Of a stretch of 64,000 nucleotides of DNA, positions 54,401 to 64,000 are shown in pieces (positions within the stretch are counted from its first letter, which is position 1; each line of letters begins with the position of its first letter). The notes under the pieces were generated by a model, which made no database searches, was not told the origin of the DNA, and was given only the letters and a program-made list of their open reading frames with translations. The stretch is from Piromyces finnis finn (lineage: Eukaryota > Fungi > Neocallimastigomycota), in contig MCFH01000078.1 in NCBI GenBank assembly GCA_002104945.1, positions 124,001-188,000 on the forward strand, in the 5' to 3' direction. A program made the position numbers and the translations under genes.

Positions 54401-57400
54401 AATAATAGCGTCTGTAAGATCAGTCGAATCACCATGAACATAATGCTCAATAATATTTTTATTTGGATTCTTATTACTATAAGGAACACATCCATTAGCA
54501 GAACATTTTATAAGATAATTAATATTGTCATGGTTATTATAGTTTTTATTAATATAGAAAATTTCTTTATCATCATTATTAATTTTTTCGGTAATATCTT
54601 CAACTGTACACTGGGAGGTGTTGCAATATATCATTCCTTCAACTAATTTATTTTCATCACTTGCTCCAGCATTATTATAATATTCTTTTGTACTTGAACT
54701 TTTACCATTAATGGTTGTACATATTCCATCATAGCATCCAATAAGGTAATTATTATCCACAGGTTGATTACCATTTAAATATACGTAATTTTCACCGCTT
54801 GATTCGATTGTACAAGCTCCTCCAGATGATAAACATTTTATTAAAAGATTTTTATAAGGTTCTGTAATGGTAGCACCACCATTAACATAATATACATTGC
54901 TTTCCTTCCTTTCTTTTATACTGGTGTCAATATCACTTGTATTGCATTTATATTCACTACAAATAATTAAACGGTTTGTTGTGTCCCCATAATTATTAGT
55001 AGTTACGGATGAATCTATATAATTTGAATTTATAAAAACATCATAGTCCTTAATTTCTGTTCCATATTCAACGCAATTACCGCTTCCTGAGCATTTAATT
55101 AAAAGACCTTTATAACTCACATTTTCACTTTCATTATTTCCAGAACCATTAATGAAAAATGCTGATACATTTGAATTTCCTAAAGGACCATTAAATGCTT
55201 CACATGTATTACTTCCATAGCATCGTATCAAATTGCCATTATAACTGTTAATATAAATATCATTTTCTTTTGGTGTGTTGAATAATGTACACTTACTAAA
55301 AGTATCATCATCAATACTTACATTATTATTTGCGTCAATTGATTTAATTTTACAAGAAATAATTGATGCACTAAAGTTAGATTCTAATGGTGCTCCATGA
55401 ACATAATATTCAATTGTATTTTCAATAGCATTAGTATTTGAATAAGTATTACAAGTATTAGAAGAAGAACAATGAATAAGATAGTTCATGTCCTTATCTG
55501 TACCTTTACCATAGTTAGCATTAATGTAAAATACATCTTGTGACGTACTTGCTCCAACTGTTACAGTTTCAGCAACACATGATATTTTTGATATTTCTGA
55601 ATTATACTTACATAAAATTAATGGATACGATTCATTACTACTATTTTCAGTATAGATATTAGAATTAACATAATATTCATTATCGTTAGCTGTAGCTGAA
55701 CTTTTCTGTATCTCACATTTACTATTATTACATATAATTAAATGATTTGTACTATCAGTTGGACCAGTGTTTTCTGAAGAGTTACTATTGAAATTACCAT
55801 TAAGATATATATAATTAAGACCGCCGTCTGTAGGAGTGCAAGCCCCACTATTTCTACATTGAATTAAAAGATTAGAGTAAGTTTCAGATGTTGTAGTCGA
55901 TCCATTAATAAAATATTTATTTCCAGTATTTTCTTCAACAGAAATATTTTTTGCTTTACATTCATTATCTGCACAAATAATTAAACGATTTTCAGCATCG
56001 CCACTTAAAGAATTTTCTTTATAATTAGCATTAATAAACACATCATTGTCTTTAATTAAATCATTATTATCATCTGTATTATATAAGTAGCAATCATTTT
56101 TAGAATCACATTTAATTAAACAGCCTTTATAACTAGATTTTGAAGTATCAGTACCTGCATTGATATAGAATCCTGGTATATCATCCGTTCCATTACCTTT
56201 AATGGATTTACAAGCATTATTGTAACATTGGATAATATTTTTATTATTAAAACTATTAAGATAAATATCACCTTCAGATGGATTTATTAATTCTACATTA
56301 ATATTACTTTTTTCACTCCTTTTTTCCGAGGTGGTATCCTTAATTGTTACTTTGATAACTGCTTTTTGTAAACTACCATTATTGGGAGCACCATGAATAT
56401 ACCATTCTGTGCCGGTTTTTAAAGAAGTACTAGCATATGGAACGCAACCATTATCAATATTACCAACTTTACTACATTTGATTAAATAATTAGTAGCGTC
56501 TAATTCATCAGTTAATCCATAGTTTTCATTTTTAAAAAATACTTCTGTAATTTTATTTCCATCAACTACAGTAATGAGATTTTTTGTTTGACAACCATAT
56601 GAATTACATTCAATTAGTGAATCTTCTAATTTTATAGAAGTACCAGCATTAACATAATATTTATTCTCATTTTCACTTTCTTTTGGTGATTGAATAATAT
56701 TACATGTGATGGATGGAGATGTTCCAGTACATTTTAATAAAGTACTTGGAGTTTTAGCACCAGTAGTTATAACTCCAGCAGTTTCATTTAATAAAAAATA
56801 TCCATATGTAGGTACACAATTTTCTTTTGAACAAGTATAAACGGCAAGTTCTTGAGATTCAGATACTTCAGACGCTTCAACTAATATATTACCTGATTCA
56901 ATTTGAATAAGTGATAAAATTTTTTCATTGGTTTCCAATTCTAAGTTTTCATTCTCTGATGTATATTTGTATAATTTAAGTTTGCCTTCAGTTTCTATGA
57001 CATAATACTTTTCATTCTCGCTTACTATATATTTGGTATAAATATTTTATTATTTTAAAAATAAGTTTTCAAATTAATATTTTATATGATAGAATTAATT
57101 TAACAATTAAAATAATAATATTCATAATTTATAATATATTAATAAAATTAAATAATCTTATAAATATTGATATAAATATTTCATTTATATTTTATTTGTG
57201 AATGTTACTATTTTCTTTAAAAAACAAATTGAATCAATTATAATAAATTGTGTTTTGTATATATATTATATTATATTAAATTTTAATATATAAATTTTAT
57301 AATACCTTTAAGATTTTCAAAATAGAATACATTTGAAGCTGCTCTAATAAAAATTGATGCTTCTAATGAGATCTCAGTAAACTTATTATTAGCTGGTGCT

Positions 57401-60400
57401 GTTATAATGTAATTCTTTGCATTGTTTTCATAATTAAGATTTAAAGTATTATTATTAGAATCAATACATAAATTAAATGATGAAGTAAGAATATCACCAA
57501 ATGCACTACATGATGATTTAGGGATAATAGCTCTACTTTCAGATTTTCCAATTAAATATGAATTTTCCCTATCTTTAACGTAACCATATGTTTGTTTACA
57601 TTTCTTATCATCACAATTAATTAAAGCATATTTTTTAATGTCATTTTCATTAATGCTTTCATCTTTTATAAGTGAAACTTCATTAATACTACCATCGAAC
57701 TTAATTAAATGAATTCCAGCTGTTAAATCTGATTCTGTTATTGATACTGGTGTATTGTTATTATTTAATGAAATAATTTTTTTTCCTGTTATGCAATAGC
57801 TATTGCTTTCTAGATTAGAATTATAACTTTCATTATTTTTTATTTCATCACTACATTCATTGACGGTAACTATATATATATATTTGAATTAAAATATGTA
57901 TAATATTTCATAAAAACGTACAATCTTAATATTCTTTATAATATTATTATAATATTGTATTTATAATTTAATTATATTTATTTTACATATAATAATAAGG
58001 TTTTCTAAATTAGAAAATAGTTACCTGGAGGTATATAAGCAGAACAAATACCAGTTTTTTTACAAATATATCTTTTACTGTCTAAGGAACACATTGAAGA
58101 CATAATTGAAACTTCTAAACTTGAATTCATTGTACAATATTCGTTAGCACTCTCTAATGTTTTCAAAACTATGGAATCATTTTTAACATCAATTAATCCG
58201 TATTCATTATTTTGGATTTCAGAAAAGATACTCTTTTCATTATAACTAATTAAATATAAACCAGGAGTTCCTATAGCACTCGTTGTTATTGTTGGGTTTG
58301 CATTATCAAGACAAAGTTTTCCATCATTAATTATCTTACCAATAATACATGAAGATTCTCCTGTAACTAATTTACAACCTTTATCATTATTTGCTGAACA
58401 TTCGATGAATTTATTCGTTTCTGTATCTGCTGCATTTATATAATATCCAGTAGCTGATACCTTTTCTTTTTCACATTCAGATATAGTACATTTTATTAAA
58501 ATACCGGAAGTAGTATTATCGCTAATTAATTCATTATTATTTTCGTTTAATAATATATAACCTTCATATGGAGTACATATACCTGATGATTGTTTACATT
58601 TACTAATAATTGTTTTTTTATCTGTGAATCCTTCCACTTTCTTCAATATACTACCTGAATCTATTGAATCAAATTTCAAAATTTGATCAATACTACTTTG
58701 TAAAGAAAGAGATTTTGTATCAGCATTAAATTCATATAATTTAAAAACATCATCAATTATTATAATATATAACCCGTTATTTTTATTAACTTTTGATTTT
58801 ATTTTTTTTTTTTTAATTTTATAATATAATTATAGTATGGTGTAATATATGTATATATATATAGTTATTTTATTTTAAAATATATATAAATTGAGAGTAA
58901 ATAATATATATGATTAAATAAAAATTCACTACATTTAAATATAAAGTAATAAATCGAGTGCGATAATAATTTATACATACCTTTTAGACTTTCAAAATAT
59001 ATAATATTTGACACTAATCTAATAAGAATTGATGTTTCCGATGAAATTCCAGTAAATTCATTGTGAGCTGATGCTGCAATAATATAATTATTTGTATTAT
59101 TTCCAGAGTTAAATTCTAAAGCATTATCACCATTATTGTTTATACATAATTTGAATGAAGTAATAATATCACCAAATGTTTCACATGATGATTTAGGAGT
59201 AATAGCTCTGCTTTCTGACTTTCCAATTAAATATGTAGTTGCTCTATCTTTAACATAACCAAATGTTTGTTCGCATCTTTCATCATCACAATTAATTAGA
59301 GCATATTTTTTGATATTGGCGGAATCAATAGTTATAGTTGATATAGATGAAATTTCAGAAATATTTTTCCCTTCAAATTTAAGTAAATGAATTCCAGATG
59401 ATAGATTTAACTCTGTTATAAATTGTGCAGTTGAATCTACCTTTGCAATAATTTCTTTATCCTTAATACAATATCCATCAATATTGTCTATATTATACTC
59501 ATTTACATGTATACTTGTATTTTCGTTTCCAGCACATTTAGGTATGGATACTATATAACATTAATTATATAAAATATTAATGTTTGTCATTTTATAAAAG
59601 TAAGTTTAAATAAATACTTAATTATATATATTTACCTCCTTTTTGATTTATATTATTATAAAATTAATTTATTTGAAGTTTTAAATTTATTATTATTTAT
59701 TATAATATAGTAAATAGTATTTATTTTAAATAAATATATATTTAAATTATGATAATTTTTAATAATTAATTTTTTTTACTTAATATAAATATTTACCTGA
59801 AGATAACTCACAAATACCTGTCGTTTTACAGGTATATCGTGTGCTATCTTCTGAACATGCAGAGGATATAGGCAAGGTTATTAAACTTGAATTTATTACA
59901 CAATAATCACTATCAATATTTAATATTTTAAGTGTTATAGAATTATCCATAACTTCAACTAATTCAAACATATTTTTACTACCAGTAGTAAAGATGCTAG
60001 CTTCACGATATTTCACTATATAATTACCATTATTATTAGTTTTTATATTGTTATCAAGACAAAGTTTTCCATCTGTAGTAATTTCACCAATAGTTGAACT
60101 GTCACATGAAGTTTCTCCTACAACCAATTTACAATTACTTGCCGTATATTTAATGAATTTATTAGTTTCTGTATCAGCAGCATTTAAATAATAACCAATA
60201 GCTGGTGATTGAACATCTTCACATACTATAGATTGATCATTTCTACAACTTACTAATGTACCAGCAGTATTAGTATCGTTAATAATAACACCAGTACTCG
60301 AATCTAATAAGAAATATCCAATTATTTGATGACATATACTAGCATCACATTGATAAATAGCAAATCCAGTTTTTATTGAAGCTTCTACTAAAATATCATT

Positions 60401-63400
60401 TGATTCAATTGAATTAAATGATAATATTTTTTTCGTAGTTTCTAATGTTACTGTTTTATCATTTGATGAATATTTGTATAATTTTAAATTATTTTCTGTA
60501 TTTAAAATATAAAATTTTTCATTTTCATTAACTACATAAAAAAAATAATTATTTTAATATAATTTATTAGTATTGTATATTAAATGTATAAAAATAAGTG
60601 ATATCTTTTATTAGTTTAACATTTTAGTTTTATCAAAAAAAAATTTATTATATGAATAATATATTATCTTAATATTTAAATTCTTAATTTTTAATAAATT
60701 ATTATATTATTGATAGAATTAAATAATTTCATTTCAATTAATAACAATTTCTTTTGAATAATAATAAAAATTAGACTTACCATTAATGTTATCTAAATAA
60801 ATAATATTAGAAACTGATCTTATAAAAATAGCACCATTTGTTTTTGTAAATTCATTTTCATTTTCAACATTAATAACATAATTTGTTGTTGTTGTTGAAC
60901 TATTAATTTCAATGGGACTTGAATCAATGTTGTCTCTACATAATTTATAATCAGTTGTAATATCTCCATATTTAGTACAAGAAGATTCTGTTGTAATTAA
61001 TGTATTCTTTTTACTTTTTCCAATTAAATAAACATTATCATTAAAAACTTTAATATAACCATATGTTTGTTTACATTGACTTTCATTACAATTCATTAAT
61101 GCATATCTTGTTATATCTGATACATTTTCATTTGATACATTTGTAACTGGCGTAACGTTATTTCCGTCAAATTTTATTAAATTAATTCCTTTCGTAAATA
61201 CTTCACTAATTATAAATAATTCCGTTTTATCCTTCAATGCAATTATTTTATTATCTTTTATACAATAATTATTAGCAATTTGATCACCGTTATATTTAGA
61301 AAAATCAATATTAATACTGCTATTAGTGCATTGATCAATTGTCACTTTAAATCAAAAAATATAAATAAAATGATTAATATCATTATTTTTAAAAATTAAA
61401 ATAAATATTATAATTATATAGTTATAAATATTTTTACCTCCTTTTTGGTTTTACATTTATAATAATATATAATAAAAAATATTTTTTTACGTATAACAAA
61501 AATTTAATTAATTCTTTTGAAATTTATAAAAAAGTATCTCATTGTTTAATAGTTGGTATTTACCTAAAGATAATTCACAAATACCTGTTGTTTTACAGGT
61601 ATATCTTGTAGTTCCTTCGGTACATATAGAAGACGTAGATAAAGCCGACAAATTTGAATTATTTAAACAATAGTCTTCATCATAATCTAATATTAAATAA
61701 TTTAGTTTTAAAAGCATTATTTAATAAAAATAATAACAATTTTTAATAATTTATTTTTTAAATATTTATTTTTATTATTATAAAAAGACTATTACCATTA
61801 AAATTATCTAAATAAAATATATTATTAGCTGATTTTATCAATATATTGCCTGAAGAATTTGTAAATTCATTTACATTCGAAACATTAATAATATAGTTTG
61901 TCTCTGAAGTTGAACTGTTAAGTATTAAAGGACTTGTATCACCACTATTTTTACATAAACTATAATTACTGGTAAGAATATCTCCTGATTCAGAACATAA
62001 TGATTTAGTAGTAATTATATCACTCTTACTTTTTCCAAATAAATAAATAGAATTATTGTATTCTTTAATATAACCGTGAGTTTGTTTACATTTGTTTTCA
62101 TCGCAATTTATTAATGCGAATTTTGTTATGTTGCTATCATTTACATAATGGATTGATTCATTTTTAGACTTTAAATATATTGTCTTTCCATCAAAGAAAT
62201 ATAATAGTATTCCTGGGTTCAATTTTACTCTTTCCACTATAGTATTATTACTATATATATAAATTAAATTTTTATAAAAACAATAACTATAACTATCAGT
62301 ATTGAAATTGCTGTTTTGATTAGCGTTTAATATTGAATCATTACAAGGGTCAATGTTTACTATTAAATTTTAATAAAATATAATATATATATATATAAAC
62401 GGCAATTTAAATTTTATAATGATAACGATATTTTTAAATAATTATACATAAATAAATATATAAAGAAATATATAATTTAATTGTTAAATAAATGAATAAA
62501 ATAAAATAAATATATCTTTATCATTATATTTACCTCCTTTTAAATGAAAATATTTATATAAATTTTATTTTTTATTAAAATTAATATTAGTTAAGGAAAT
62601 ATTACTTTTTAAATTTAAAAATAGTAATTACCAATAATTACCTATAGGTGGTGAAAAAACATTACATATACCGGTTGTTTTGCAAGAATATCTTGTACTA
62701 CCTTCAGTACATGCGCGATTTAGAAATCTAGTTGAAGCTACTAAATTTGAATTTTCAACACAATAATCACCTTCTTTATCTAATGTTTTAAATGTTATTG
62801 AATTTGATTCAACTTTTATTAATATATAATCAGCTTTAAATATACTTTCGTTTCCATTTTTAATTAAGTATTCTCCGCTTCCACTAGTTTTTACATTTTC
62901 GTTAAGACAAATTGACCCATCATTAACAATTTTACCAATAGTTGAACTATTACATGAAGATTCTCCTGTAACTAACTTACAATCATTACTTGCACTACAC
63001 TCAATGAATCTTTCAGTTTCAGTATTATTATAGTAGCCTATAGCAGGAGACTGAACATTAGTACATTTAAAAGACGGTGACATGCCAGTACATTCAATTA
63101 AAGTACCAGAATTAGTATTGTCAGAAATAAAACTACCAGAAGATGAATCTAATAAGTGATATCCATTATTATTAATACATACACCAGAAGAGGTATCACA
63201 ATTGTAAATATTAAATTCAGAATCTTCATTTGAAATTTTTACTATAATATTATTCATATTCATGCTACTGTAACTCGATTCAATGTTTTCAAGTAAAATA
63301 GAATTCAATGTAACACTAAGTAAACCATATCCTCCTTCTTCTCCTATATTCTCTGATATAGTTTTTTCTTTATATTTAATTAAATATTTAACCTCTATAA

Positions 63401-64000
63401 CTCCAAATGTTTGAGATAACCTATCATTAAAAAGACAAACAGTCCCATTTGTAGTAATCATACCAATACTCTCATCATTACATGATGAAATTTCGGTTCT
63501 TATTATATTGCAATTATTATTACTTAGACATTGAATATACTGATTTTTTGATAAAACACTACTTTTGAAATAACCAATTTTTGAAGTAATAGGATTATAT
63601 ATATTATTAATATAATAATTTAATGTTCCTGTACCATCAGTTGAAAGTACTGCATTTTTTTCACCTAATAAATAATATCCCTCTTCATGTATTAAGTTAT
63701 TATTTTTTTAATAATCATAAATAAAAAATTATTATAATAATAGTAATAATAATAATATTGATTAGTTGAAAATAGTGAAAAGAATTAAGTTATCATTAAT
63801 ATCACTCTGAAAAAAAAGAAGCATACCAGAACCATCATCTAAATCAAAAGAAGAATTATTAACTAAATTTTTTTCATATAATTCTCTGTCTGAACTTGGT
63901 GTATATTTTTCTTCTTCAATTTGAGGATATTTCACTAGGTCTATATTACCAAAAGCGGAATAAACCATATAATGATGTTCATCCATAACATGTTTTGTAC
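48428..64000 (-). CDS. Giant fungal cellulosome scaffoldin (ScaA-like C-terminal part) with an intron-rich N-terminal Cys-repeat array; 5' end lies beyond the window end; at least about 4,570 codons in the window
   Basis: Terminal exon 57024-48428 carries dozens of [Y/F]Y[V/I/L]N[AG]...LIxC...C repeats, a conserved C-terminal block (VVVNFPVAL..., YTNCTYNAEE..., ECEESEENPEKCNISAA) and a hydrophobic membrane/GPI-type tail. Upstream exons 57869-57306, 58789-58025, 59550-58981, 60531-59797, 61344-60781, 61686-61564, 62359-61796, about 63682-62642 and >64000-63827 all join in frame with phase-1 GT-AG introns. Confidence 0.85.
59636..59638 (-). other. Predicted 3-nt micro-exon (GAG) in the scaffoldin gene
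   Basis: Minus strand caaaaAG-GAG-GTaaat inside an otherwise 246-nt intron, splitting it into 158 and 85 nt. Confidence 0.6.
61438..61440 (-). other. Predicted 3-nt micro-exon (GAG) in the scaffoldin gene
   Basis: Minus strand caaaaAG-GAG-GTaaaa; flanking introns 123 and 93 nt. Confidence 0.6.
62534..62536 (-). other. Predicted 3-nt micro-exon (GAG) in the scaffoldin gene
   Basis: Minus strand ttaaaAG-GAG-GTaaat; flanking introns 105 and 174 nt. Confidence 0.6.

Noticed and set aside
49871-54646. Plus-strand ORFs within the scaffoldin exon
   Set aside because: Short antisense shadows of the 8.6-kb coding exon.
57870-58024. A fourth GAG micro-exon at the last A-to-B junction
   Set aside because: No acctcct motif on the plus strand; the intron is a single 155-nt unit.

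Overview
Very AT-rich, intron-rich eukaryotic DNA whose gene content (cellulosome scaffoldin-type repeats, intronless pyruvate formate-lyase) points to an anaerobic gut fungus (Neocallimastigomycota). Eight protein-coding genes can be rebuilt from GT-AG exons: a Tom20-SET/MYND fusion (runs off the left edge), a formate/nitrite transporter, a membrane-anchored PhoD phosphatase, a multi-exon proline-rich/coiled-coil/WH2-like/CH-domain actin adaptor, THADA/Trm732, an F-box/LRR protein, a pyruvate formate-lyase (PFL), and a giant (>4,500 aa, runs off the right edge) ScaA-like scaffoldin. There is also a pseudogenised copy of scaffoldin exons, a small family of decayed retroelement-like repeats and several micro/minisatellites. 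Top leads: (1) the PFL has a short N-terminal extension with an exact PTS2 peroxisomal import motif (RIRAIYQHL) rather than a mitochondrial-type presequence, which suggests a glycyl-radical enzyme in an anaerobic peroxisome; (2) the scaffoldin's N-terminal array is made of symmetric phase-1 duplicated exons, three junctions of which carry a conserved AG-GAG-GT 3-nt micro-exon; (3) the Tom20-SET fusion with a half-lost MYND finger; (4) the actin adaptor built from one-motif micro-exons. All family assignments come from motif recognition by eye; no searches were run.
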